Assembly (NCBI GenBank): GCA_000320545.1
Contig: ADNK01000303.1
Coordinates: 1-36,925, forward strand
DNA length: 36,925 bases
Reading direction: 5' to 3'
DNA from: Bigelowiella natans CCMP2755
Lineage: Eukaryota; Protista; Cercozoa
Below the pieces are notes generated by a model. The model was given only the letters and a program-made list of their open reading frames with translations. It was not told the origin of the DNA and did not search any database. The position numbers and the translations under genes are program-made. Shown here piece by piece: positions 11,012-22,974 of the stretch. The number at the start of each line of letters is the position of its first letter. The first letter of the stretch is position 1.

Positions 11012-14000
11012 ATGGCAGTTTTCCATGCCCATTACACTTCACCGCGTCCCAGCCGGAATGGAAGATATCGCTTTCATTTACTAACGGCGGTTGCTTTGCT
11101 TACATGTGTTGACGGAAAGTGGCTGAGTAATGGTTGGTGAATTGTGCTTAACTCATTAGTGCGATAAGTATCTAGCTGTAAACTCAAAGTCCTAGTTTGT
11201 TCATGTATCTTCAATTTCCTAGGGAAAATAAAAGTATTGGAAGCCGAAGAGGTACTGAAAAACAATAATTTGTTTTTAATTATCGAATCAAAGCTTCCTT
11301 CTGCATACAGGCAACACCAGAATCGCCTGGATTTACCAAATCCTCTCTACTGAATACAAAAGAATCCGCACGTATGAAGATTATAAACATTTTCAAACTT
11401 TTAGGCCAATGCCAATTTAATCTAATGGAGAGTTTGATCTTTAAATTTAAGCTTTTGGGGGTCCAGACACACAAAAAACTTGTGTAATCGGAGCCGGCCC
11501 TTCTGGACTTTGGGCAGCATATAATCTCCAGCTAAGAGGGTGACCGCATCTTGCAAAAGCAAAAAAATCGTCTTTGATCTTATTTTCCTTGTTAGATACG
11601 ACGTAGTTGTCCTAGATAAGAGTGATCAAGCTGGAGGTCGAGTCAGGGACATTAAATCCCCGAATAACAACACAATATCCCAAGGGGCAATATTTATAAA
11701 CCCTGCAGTGGCTTCAGGTGTGAAAATACGAATTTACCTTATGTGAATACATGTGAATTTATTATATTTTAGAGTAGAGTTTTGAATTACCGAAAAGAAA
11801 TCGTAAATAGAAGTGCTGACGTGTATTGCGCAGATCCCACTAACCCTGTAGCCCAAGTCCTAAGCATGACCGGTACCAAAAGAAATATCCAGTTGAATAT
11901 TTCTTTGATTGGGCATTATTGTCATTAGGACTTTCTGGATTATTGAGGCCTGCTTTTGATATATCAATAACTGGAACTGCCTTTAATTTTATGGATACTC
12001 TTGGCGAGAATCCATCACGATTGCTGAATCCTTATCCCGACTTATTCGATCTAGCGGCCCTTAATTCAGAAAGTATTGCCTACGTATCATTGTATTTCAG
12101 GTATGCCATGTCTAATTCTATCTTAAATGTACATGTATGTGTATATTCTACTGATTCACATTCAAAATATTCTCAGTTTCCTAAGCTTTGTGGGCGGCCC
12201 CACGATACCTGCAGCTCCAATTCCAGCTGATCTACAGCTTCCTACCTTAGATTTTTTAAGGAAAAATGGCCTGCTTGGTTTAGTACCCTACTTGCAGGTC
12301 TATGCTTTATTCCTAATGTTAAATAAAGTGTTTATCATATGATTGATGTCATATTCAGTCGGTCTTCACTTCTTTCGGCTATGGTCGCTTGGAGACCACG
12401 CCCATGCTCTACACATTTAGAAACATCAGTCCAGGTTATATTGCACACTTATTGTGTGTATGTGTGTGCTCATATGATTTAGTGTTGAAATTGATACATC
12501 AGCCCTCTTCCTCCAAGTTCCTTTAATACTTGAAGGAGGTATGGCTCAAGCATTCAAAAGTTTTGCTGCAAGTCAGATCAATGATCTCAGATTAAATGTT
12601 GAAATTGTGATGGTAATAGAACCTATATTGTACGGTAACCCTATGCGTAATGGGGTTCAATATAATTTCTCTAAGGTTATACGGCTTAAGATGGGAGGTT
12701 CCTACATAATTTATGAGCAGGAAGGAGCATCTCGATTATTGTAGCTATATTTAATCAATTTGTTATTTACTGACGAGGCTAAGAGATGAAACTTAGGCAC
12801 TGCAATGAACTCGTAACCGCATTTCCTCAGCGTTTAGAGGTTTTCATAGCAGATAGAAACAAGTACAGACATATACCAATGTTCTTACTTCGCCGTTGAT
12901 AGGATATGGCCTTCCTACTTTTGGATGACATAGAGAAAACCATATTCAAAGAGGTATTTCAATGTCACATTTTTGCAAATTCGTAGATTCCACCAAAATA
13001 GCTTCCCACGGCACACATTTATCAAGGTTAAAACTGTCCCATACTCCTTCCATGCGGTCACTATCTTTCCAGGACTTCCACACAATGTAAGCGACTAAGT
13101 CACTATTATGTTTTGTTTTTAATCATGATGTTGTGTTAATATGATGGCTCTTTTAATTTTGGAATTATCGACGACTGAATCTCAGACTGGATTGTATCCG
13201 AACGGAACACTAGTTACATGGGTACTACATGAAATTGCGGCCATCCGAAGTCGAACTGATAATAAATAACAATACTGCTAAATTGCAGAACTATCGGTCT
13301 CCCTCTTCATTTGATAGTAAGCTACTCACGATACCATAAGTATTATCAAAATAACACGTTGATTCTTTATATACAAAAGGGGGCAACACTGCGGGTAACA
13401 CAAACACCCGACCCCTTGATTTAAAATACGGCCGTGGAATTGCTAATCTTGGTGCCGTATACAACATTCGGGAAAATCAATTTGGAGATGTAAGTACTAC
13501 TGAATCAATTAGCGAATCACAGTCAAGTACACTATTCAACTGGCATTAGGATTGTGCGTTTTGGAGCTCAGATCCGTTCAGCGACGGTGTAAGCCAGGAA
13601 GAGGTTCCTAATTCCTAGTTTTCCAATATGAATTTGGTTTTGATTAAAATGTTTAAATTTAGTTTGAAGAAGAAATTCGGCGGGAAATTGCTTTCTTAGA
13701 TTCGAGTTTGAACGCTACATTTATCTTAGATGCGTAATATTTCCCACATTATTCGAGGAAAAATTGTTGTAAGGGACTGATAAATCTCCTAGGTTTCGCA
13801 GCTACCCGCAATATTTCCCCCATGTCGATTCTCAATCATTAAACGGTGAAACTGCACTGCAACTATATGTTAGGTTCATTTCTCACTTAAAAAACTTATT
13901 TTTAGACTCGTTTTACTCCCGTCTGAAAGACTTGCAGGGGTAGTAGCATTGTGCTTCGCTAACAAGGAGCGTTTTCATTGTTAAAAATAAAAATTCTCAG

Positions 14001-15233
14001 GCACAAGAGTACTTTCCATGTTGGCGGCCTCCTCAATTTCGATTGGGTAGAAGGTTCTATGAGAGCAGCCCAGTTCAGTGACTCAATTAAAGAGATATCA
14101 TTCCATTGTGTTGATGATAATCGAAACCTAAAAACAGGGCTGTTGTAGAGGAATTCTTCCCAGTGCTTACCAGTTCTCCAACTACGTTTTCCCCCATCAC
14201 TTCTGCTCCTACAAATTCCCCGACAACGATTCACCCAAGCACCTCTCCAAGTACTGCCAATCCAAGTCGGAGCCCATCATCCTCCCCATCATCTTCTCCA
14301 ACAACAATTCAGCCGAGTGGAAGTCCATCATACTCTCCAGCTACCATGAATCCGAGTGGAAGCCCCTCAACCTCACCCTCATCGTCGCCGACAGCCTCGC
14401 CTATCACAGTCTCCCCTTCCTCTACATCACCACTAACAGTCGTTCCAACGCGAAGTCCAAGTGCTGAACCGTCAAGCTCACCTTTAACGGTTTCTTCAAC
14501 GAGTGATCCAACTACGATCGCTCCATCTCCTTCGCCGCTTACAATCTCACCTGTGACAGGCAGTCCTTTAACGAGTTCCCCTATCACGATATCTCCAACG
14601 AGTGATCCAACTACGATCGCTCCATCTCCTTCGCCGCTTACCATCTCACCTGTGACAGGCAGTCCTTTAACGAGTTCCCCTATCACGATATCTCCAACGA
14701 GTGATCCAACTACGATCGCTCCATCTCCTTCGCCGCTTACCATCTCACCTGTGACGGGCAGGCCTTCAACGAGTTCCCCTATCACGATATCTCCAACGAG
14801 TGATCCAACTACGATCGCTCCATCTCCTTCGCCGCTTACCATCTCACCCGTGACAGGCAGTCCTTTAACGAGTTCCCCTATCACGATATCTCCAACGAGT
14901 GATCCAACTACGATCGCTCCATCTCCTTCGCCGCTTACAATCTCACCTGTGACAGGCAGTCCTTTAACGAGTTCCCCTATCACGATATCTCCAACGAGTG
15001 ATCCAACTACGATAGCTCCATCTCCTTCGCCGCTTACAATATCACCTGTGACAGGCAGTCCTTTAACGAGTTCCCCTATCACGATATCTCCAACGAGTGA
15101 TCCAACTACGATAGCTCCATCTCCTTCGCCGCTTACAATATCACCTGTGACAGGCAGTCCTTTAACGAGTTCCCCTATCACGGTATCTCCGACAAATAGA
15201 CCTAGCACAGAAGACGATGACGATCACTATTAA
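11012..15233 (+). CDS. Secreted FAD-dependent oxidoreductase (amine oxidase fold, PUFA-isomerase-like) fused to a mucin-like Ser/Pro/Thr stalk, many short introns
   Basis: Signal-like FHLLTAVALLTCVDG; Rossmann motif CVIGAGPSGLWAAYNL (~11481-11530); VLDKSDQAGGRV; QGAIFINP; DLQLPTLDFLRKNG; VFTSFGYG (FGYG 12374-12385); YPQYFPHVD (YFPHV 13812-13826); QGHKSTFHVGGLLNFD; VVEEFF, running into ORF 14163-15233. Several middle exon boundaries were not fully resolved. Confidence 0.8.
14499..15191 (+). repeat. Coding minisatellite, 7 x 99 bp (33-aa unit TSDPTTIAPSPSPLTISPVTGSPLTSSPITISP)
   Basis: Unit starts at 14499, 14598, 14697, 14796, 14895, 14994, 15093; copies nearly identical, with mostly synonymous variants and GRPS instead of GSPL in copy 3. 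Confidence 0.97.
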
Positions 15234-15369
15234 GTAGATTCGAGTGGGAATATATAAACTGAAGCCAGGTAGGATCTCAAACTTTGCTGATTGCGAATCC
15301 TCATTAAAAAAAGTCACCAGTAAAGTATCTAATCATTAGCTATATTAAAGTAATCAATACGTTATCTAG

Positions 15370-16185
15370 ACCTACTTGCGCTGTAGATAACCAACAGGCG
15401 ACATCTGCCTATGTAGAATTGCATTTTTTAGTGGCTAGAGGTGAACTCGCCCATGTTAACAAGGGTCTGCAATGTCTTGCACGTGTTGTGTACTTTGACG
15501 ACCAAGCTAAGTCATAACATTGCAGATCAATTTTCCATTGTAACGTTGAATGTGTCAATTATTGTGAGTTCACGCAAATTACATCGCAGAGGCATGTCTA
15601 GATGCACACCTGGACATGCTGTCTATCTAGCCATGCACGTGACAATAAATGTGCAAATGTGCACACTGCTAGACCAGCACAGCTAGACAGTGTGTTGTGG
15701 TGTCTGTGGCAAATCACAGAAAATTGGAATCATCATCTCTTTGATTTTTGCATGGAAATATTTAGCAATGCAACACATGCTAGCATGATTCACGCTTGAC
15801 GCTTCTAGCTAGCTAGGCTTGACGGACACAACGCAAAAACGACTAATGTTTAAAAGGGCAATCCTAGACTCGTGCACGTGTGTGTGTGTGTTTGTGTCTA
15901 GGTGTGTGTGCATGTTTGTCCAAAATTGCAGGTCTTGCTAGCTAGCTAGCCAGCAATCACAATCACATCCAGACACGATGGAACAAGCAGGCTAGCAGGT
16001 CTGTTGGTGTGTGCATGAAACAAATGCACACACCCAGACAGCAGACAAATCCAGAAGTCTCTAGGTGACACTGGGGGCACAACACACAACACACAACACC
16101 AGAGCAAACAACCCAGCAATGCCAGAGAGCTGTTCACTGCTAGACTGTATGCATCGTGTGCAACCATTTGCACCTAGCTCTCTAG
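15370..16185. repeat. Degenerate CTAG/TGCA-rich dispersed repeat block
   Basis: Shares CAGGCTAGCAGGTC (15988); followed by a long (CT)n(CA)n microsatellite at ~16185-16310. Confidence 0.65.
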
Positions 16186-16319
<134 letters not shown>

Positions 16320-16559
16320 AAACACACAAACAAGATTGCCAAGCTAGCAAGGTCGCATTTAGCGACGTTGACCATTCACGACAAGGAGTGCTCGAAGCGC
16401 GGTTGGGTTTTAGAGAAAGGATTCAGGGCATTTCTACTACATTTCCACCTGCGACAACTGTCGCATTCCAAAGATTCACTCTTTACAAACTTCAGGAGTT
16501 AATTTCGATGTCGCACCACAAAAACACCCACATTTTTGGGCACCCTGATCACCAAATCC

Positions 16560-18284
16560 ATGGTGGCGTTGTCGACGAGCCCATTGCTCACGGCCTCGGC
16601 GCGGCTGGTGCTGCTGCTACCCCTAGTGTCATGCGTGCTGGCGTTCCCTTCAAGCTCAGGGGCTCAGAGAAAATTGGCGGCCTCTCCCTCTTCAACCGGT
16701 CTGCGCTATTTTCAAATGCACAGATTGGATTCGATGGCGACGACGTCGACGTCGACGTTGTTGGATTGGAGGACATCAATGGCAACGGCAACAGCAACGG
16801 CAGCAACGACCACAGGTTCTAGACCTGGCTTCACGATAAGGGCGAGCGCGGCCCAAGATGATAATCATAGAAAGATCAAGTTATTTGGAAGTGCAGGATC
16901 GCGTTCCCCCATTGTCAATTGGCTCTTGCACGAGGTACACTGCTTAACTTAACGATTTTCCTTAAAAGACTTAAACAGCATCATTTTTCAAGGCAAAGGT
17001 CGATTTTGAAGACGCTCCTATATCGAACCCAGAAAATGCCGCAGCAAATCCACATCCTTTCGGGCAAATTCCTTGCCTTGTTCCAGGTAAAGGCTGAGTA
17101 ACATGGATTCCCTGTAGATAGTGGCTCCTCACCGATTTTATTCCTCATTGTAGAGAGCGGTGAAGCTATATTTGAATCTGGGGCCTGTCTCATGTATCTT
17201 GCGGATCGATACGGCAATCTCGAAACTCCAGGTTTATGATGCACCGCTACATCGCCTTTCGAGTGACGGGGGGTGGACAATGTTTTACTTGCTTTTATGG
17301 AGATTTACGTTTGATACATTCATATCATAACTCTTTCTTTATTTGACTCATATATTTATGTTTGACTTAGAGCAAAGGGCCGAGGTTGTTTTTGTAGTCT
17401 GGCAGTCTGCATGCATATCTCTGAGTGGTGTATTGAGTACGCACAAACGTATAAAGTGATTAGTATTTCAAAGAAAACAAACCGTAACACATACACTTCT
17501 TCGCGTGTGTGCGTGTGTAAATATTATAAATATTGTATACTCTATTATATGCTAATATGTGCGAGATCCTACTTGCATCCACACACAATGGCAACCAACT
17601 GGTCGCCACAAGATCGACTTTCAGCAGCGACTTGAATTGTCGACAGGTCCTGAAATGGATAATCTGGGCAAACGCATCCCTTGACCCGATCCTCTTCATC
17701 GAAACACCGACGGGTCGAGTCAAGGATACAGGGCTGAAGCGAAACCCCCCTCCCCGGGCTATAGGACGGCTTGAAGACATCCTCAGCAAACAAAACTACC
17801 TCGTGGGCGACGCATTCACAGCCGCGGATGTGGCCGTCGGTGGGTATCTATTATATATCCCTCTCTTCTTTCGAGGTGAGTCAGTCATTGTCTAGCATTT
17901 TCCATTTTCTTGACCTACGTTCATCCACCTCACATTTTTGCTCACATTTTGCAAGTTGTATGTATTGCTTAAAAAGTTCCCTCAAGTTCTTGGGTGGGTG
18001 GGTCCAAAACTTATACCTGTTTGGCGTATTTCCCCGTTTTCACCTGAGATCGCGCACAACGAAAGCGTGCGAAAGATTAGAATGCTGTTATATCATGTTT
18101 CACCGGAACAGATTTCGACATGGGACGTTGGCCAGCAATATCTCGCTACATGCAACGAATTGCGGAGCGAGAGAGTTATGAGGCAGCTTACGGGGCTCAA
18201 ACAGCGGCCTATATACGAGAGCGCTGCGCTTCCTTTGTTGATGGAACTTCCAAAGGAGGAGCTAAAATGTTTGGCTTATTCTAG
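16560..18284 (+). CDS. Glutathione S-transferase with bipartite plastid-targeting-like leader
   Basis: Exons 16560-16934, 16993-17086, 17154-17231, 17371-17384, 17647-17875, 18112-18284. Leader RLVLLLPLVSCVLA then a Ser/Thr/Ala/Arg-rich region. GST motifs SRSPIVNWLLHE, HPFGQIPCL, IFESGACLMYLADRYG, YLVGDAFTAADVAVG; ends KMFGLF*. Confidence 0.88.
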
Positions 18285-18722
18285 ACTTAGCTCAGAGGGA
18301 AAACAGAGAGGGAATAGCTCATTAACGACATTTTGGCTGCGATTAAATTTTTTATCATTTGTATATAGCTATACCGATTACACGGGAACGGTCATTCCTG
18401 TGAGCAACTTAAAAAGTATGACACGGATGTCATGAATGAATTAAAATTTTCAATGGTCATCCCAACTGTGAAAGTGTAGAGTGCTTGTTGTGCCTAGATA
18501 CATTAAATATTGGAAGTTATCGCGCATTGCCATCGCAATGGCTTATAGTTAGTATGTAGTAGACATGATGATATTGCAACAGTTTGTTAGTATGCTATAT
18601 CACATGGGGCGAATAGAAGTTGCGCGTTGCCGTGTTTCTGCTCATCACCACGTGCACCGCACGCACGCCATACATGCACCGTATGTGCTCACCAAACACG
18701 CATAGTTTAACATATACGCGTA

Positions 18723-18776
<54 letters not shown>

Positions 18777-19013
18777 CAAATAGGCATGCCATCATTATTT
18801 TCTGTGCCAGCCAAAACTGTCAAGACCAAACATTATTCATTATTAGCTTTAGAGTGCTATGAGATGCGCGTTGTAAAAGACCTCGACATCATTTACCATA
18901 CGCCACATATGTAGCGTATGACGACCTCCAAATATACACACATATGGTCGATTGGCCGTTGATCTTATCCACAGGACCCCCTGGGTGCAAAGGCTGCTGG
19001 CGTCAAGTGCGCT

Positions 19014-20727
19014 CTAGCACCCACAACACCTTTGCGCTCTGGTTGCCATCGTAGCTTCAAATACCTCGGCATTCCGTTCCACCTGCTCGTCCGGCATGAA
19101 GAGCCCTTTTTTCGGCGACGTTTCGTCCCAGCCGTTCTGGAGCAACTCTGGCCAGTAAACAATGTACGACGAGGGGAAGCGGCTCCAGCTGCAGCCCTTG
19201 CCGAAGACCTGAGCCTCCTCGCCATTGTTCTTTCTTTTGTGTATTCTGCAGAACCCATCGGAGGGGTGGTGGAACCAGTAGGAAAAGGGCTTGCTGTATG
19301 GGTAGTGCCCGGGGGAAAATTCCGGGGAAGTCCCCTTTGCAATTGGTGCGGCATTGGGTAAAGGAACAGGCATCATGCCCGTGAAGGTGTTTGAGATCCG
19401 CAGCGAGTCTGGATCACAATAGCAGTCTCGAGCTTGGTGCGGGGTTGTGTGCGATGCATTGGGTGGGCAGAAAGAATCGAGCACGTGCTGTGGCTGATGG
19501 GCGAGCACACGATCGAACCAAAGATCGCAGCCGCAGGCGGGGGAGGTATCGTTGCCTTGATTCTCGCAGCCGAGGTAGTCTGAGAACGCGCTGGAGCCAT
19601 TCGTTGTGTTTGTATTTGGGATGGAAACGTCGAGTACTTCCACGCAATAGCGGGTGAACGGACTACGTGTCATCTGGATATGAATACATGCATACATAAA
19701 TGGACTAGCAGGACGACGAGTCCCACAGAGCAGGTGGCAAAATAAAGGAAGATTTGTTCAAGCTTACATACATTGAAGAATCTCGAGCAATCGCAATCTT
19801 CGCACATGCAGCTGGATAGGAACATGACCTCCCCCCTCGCGTCTGCGGAGTCATGATTCTCCAGGAAATCTGGGAGCAATCCCCCCCTCTCGGATATGCG
19901 GAAAACTTCTAAATATTTTACGTTCTTTCTCCCCGTGGAAAAGGGAACTTCGTCGCTCCACGCATCCGCTCCCCCTCCCTTTAATCCCACGCGAACCCTG
20001 TATCTAAATAGATTACAGTGAGTCAGATATGTTGAGAGCGAGCTCGATGCATGAGATGTTACAGTGAGTCAGATATGTTGAGAGCGAGCTCGATGCATGA
20101 GATGTTACTTCTCATATTCACTCACGTTGTCGCCAATTGTAGTCCTTCGATCGTAGCATGAGTAGCATTTCCAACCGTCAAGCTAGAAACGCGCTCACTA
20201 CCCCCTTCCCGACGGTACTCGATTACAAAGTTGTAATCGGCATTCCCCGCCTCAAGAGGAGGAGGAGGAGACCAAGCAAGCCCTATAGAGTCCATCTGCA
20301 AGGACCCACGCCTTTTCAGACTACGTGGAGAACAGATATTGAGATCCTTCGTTCTGCAGAGCACAGGGTCGCTCAACCCGCCCCAGCCGTACGATTCCAT
20401 GGCTGCGTCCTTGGAGTGCCCACGCACCCAGAATCGATATGTCGCATTTGGCTGCAGATCGATGATTTCCACTGGAGAACTAACCGAAGTTACTGAAAGG
20501 AAAGGGCGGGATTGAGGTTCATTGGTATCGTCGCCTTCACCCTGAACCAAGGCCACCTCAACATCATACAAATCTGCCCATGGCGATTCTGCGAATCCGA
20601 TTGAAACGAAGACAGTGCCTTGACTTTCGCACCAGATTGATGATGCCGTGTGTCCTGCTTTAGAGGCTAGTGGGGTGATCAGGAGAAGTACCATGGCTTT
20701 TAGACCATGAATTTGCGCCCTATCCAT
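19014..20727 (-). CDS. Secreted protein with two fibronectin type III-like domains and a Cys-rich C-terminal domain of unknown function (~497 aa)
   Basis: Phase-consistent exons 20727-20126, 20003-19772, 19673-19014. Hydrophobic N-terminus MVLLLITPLASKA; FN3 hallmarks DLQPNATYRFWVR, LAWSPP, TIEGLQLATTYRVRV; Cys-rich tail ending RCCGC*. Confidence 0.8.
20013..20108. repeat. Perfect 46-bp tandem duplication in intron 1 of the FN3 gene
   Basis: TTACAGTGAGTCAGATATGTTGAGAGCGAGCTCGATGCATGAGATG at 20013 and 20059, followed by a partial TTAC. Confidence 0.95.
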
Positions 20728-21077
20728 TGAGAGCGTAGAGCCTAGAGTAGCTCGATATGGGGTGGGGCGGGTGTCGCCCGAGTTCCGTCGGCCTGGGAGT
20801 GAAGTTAAAAATTAGAAAGCAAAAGTTGCTTGCATGTCGCAGTAGTAAATTTCCATCCGATTTCAACGAACCACTTTTGTTCAAAAACGACCACGCATTT
20901 GCCCAAACGACAAATATCTTCATCGGATTTTTGCTTAACTAAGGAAGGTCTTTGGATTCGGTCAACGGATTTTGTTGAAACTTGACGGTTCGTCGCTGTG
21001 CAAAGGCCTTCGTTGTTCGAATAAGACCTAGAGACTCTGCTTATCCTATGTCGCATCAGTAAAACACCCTGAAATAA
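20728..21077. promoter_or_regulatory. Putative bidirectional promoter region, FN3 protein / cathepsin
   Basis: Divergent start codons only ~350 bp apart. Confidence 0.45.
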
Positions 21078-22939
21078 ATGCTCCCATCACTCTCTCTCCC
21101 TGGTGCTAGCACAATCATGGCTCCTCTTGTTGGGGTAGTGGTTTTGTCTTTGGCCTTTGCCAAAGCAAACGCCTTGCAACCCATTCTGGAGGAAAATACC
21201 CCGGTATTCTTAATGTGTCTAGGTTCAGTTGCCACGGTTTCGAATATCGAATTTGCACATGATCATAGGAGGGTTCAGTGTTGCAACAAGAATCCTTTCT
21301 GGCAAAGTATGTGGAGTACTCAGGATATATGTAAGTCGTCCTCAGACTGTCCTTTGCAAGAATTGAAAAGAGTGACGACACTGACTGAAAAGTCAGAGTG
21401 ACATGTACGTAGTGATGCATGTGCACACAAGCTATTTTTGGATTTTGGTAAGGTCAGATTTATCTCACATTTCATGCAATGATGTAGAAAATGTCCTGCA
21501 CAGGCCAAATCATAACCATTTTAGAACTTGGTTGGAAGTTCATAGAAAGAACTACACTTCTGAGGAAATATTCCAGATTTGTTACGAAAAATGGAGAGGT
21601 AATGTGCATTGACTAATAGACAAGCTATCCCACAAAAAGTAAATGTAAATTGTTTCAGAAAATTTGGAGACTGTGGTAAAGCACAACAAAGAGGCTGCTA
21701 ATGGTCGTCATGGTTTCACCGTATCCATGAATTCAATGGCAGATTTGTCTTCCGAGGATTTTCACAGATTATATCTTCAGAAAAATCACAGCCTCCCTTT
21801 TGGAAAGCCTACATCCATTGCCAACATTGAAGGGAAAAATATAATTTTGCCCAATAACTGGAATTGGAACGATAAAGGTGTAATAACGGAACCTAGGAAA
21901 CAAGGACACTGCGGCTCATGTTGGGTAAGAAGTGAAATTTTCTCAACCTTGAAGAAATAGATAACGTGTTCTTTCCCTACATCCTTGAAGGCATTCGCTT
22001 CAGTTGGAGCAATCGAGGGATTCTACAACAATGCACATCGCGACGATGGCATAAGTGGGATGTGTAGTGACACTTGTGGACCAAATAAAGTATTCTTTGA
22101 AACAAGTTACATGTTAATTTTAGAATGAATTGATAAGATGATGTGTATCACTAGTTGAAATGCTGTCGCTTTAGTGTTCAAGAGATTGTCGACTGCACAG
22201 CGTCTGGGACATTCACATGCGATTACGGAGGAGAAATGACACGGGCCTTTTATGAACTTGCTTCGAAGAGAAATTCTCTCATCTCCATTGACGATGAATA
22301 TCCATACGTTAGTGGACGCACCCGCATGCTTGGAAAATGTAAAGCTTCTTTGAAGTCGCATGAGATGCTGAAACGAGTTGACTCTGGAGTAAAAGGATTC
22401 GCAAAAGTGGAGTCACGGAATGAAGATGCCCTGAAACGTGCCGTATTTGTCAGAGCTGGTGTGTCTGCTGCTGTTTGTGCTTCAAGTAATTTATTTCAGC
22501 TCTATTCAAAGGGAGTCTTTGACTATCAAGGCTGTGGAAAGAAGGTTATCCTCTAATTTTTCCTTTTGTGTTCCTTGTATGATGACCTATTTCTGGTGGT
22601 AAGGTAAACCATGGTATTCTCCTCATCGGTTACGGCGAAGACTATGGAGACTTTAATGATGAGGGTACTAACTACTTCAGTAATCATAGAAATGGGGAAA
22701 GAAAAAGAAGTGACTGCGAGCATTGCATCATATCAGGGGTAAGGGCGCAATCAAAATCACCATATTGGGTAATAAAGAATTCTTGGGGAAAAGATTGGGG
22801 CATGAATGGACACATGCTCCTTGCAAGAAATTCCAATCTCTGTGGAATAGCAACCGAGGCGGTGTTCCCTGTTGGAGCCTCTGAACTAGAAGAAGCGAGC
22901 GACGATGTAGACGATGACAAATGGAGTCTCCTCGACTAA
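21078..22939 (+). CDS. Papain-family (C1A) cathepsin L-like cysteine protease, multi-exon
   Basis: Signal peptide [14 protein letters not shown]; I29 prodomain [12 protein letters not shown]...[16 protein letters not shown]; catalytic QGHCGSCW|[12 protein letters not shown] and YWVIKNSWG; ends ...DDDKWSLLD* (TAA 22937-22939). The start is 21078 or 21117. Confidence 0.93.
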
Positions 22940-22974
22940 CATTCATGCGCACAACTTCAGACCTCGATGCTAGA

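Noticed and set aside
13737-13755. YFPHYS look-alike of the flavoprotein motif
   Set aside because: Preceded by an in-frame TAA and located inside a GT-AG intron (from 13734); the true YFPHV is at 13812.
14499-15191. CRISPR-like array
   Set aside because: Contiguous in-frame coding repeats with no unique spacers, in a eukaryotic locus.
14309-15208. 299-aa Gly/Val-rich minus-strand ORF
   Set aside because: Antisense shadow of the S/P/T repeat, whose codons have no stops on the reverse strand; the + frame is continuous with the flavoprotein.
4560-15233. Functional link between UXS1 (UDP-xylose) and glycosylation of the S/P/T stalk
   Set aside because: Proximity only; no sequence evidence.
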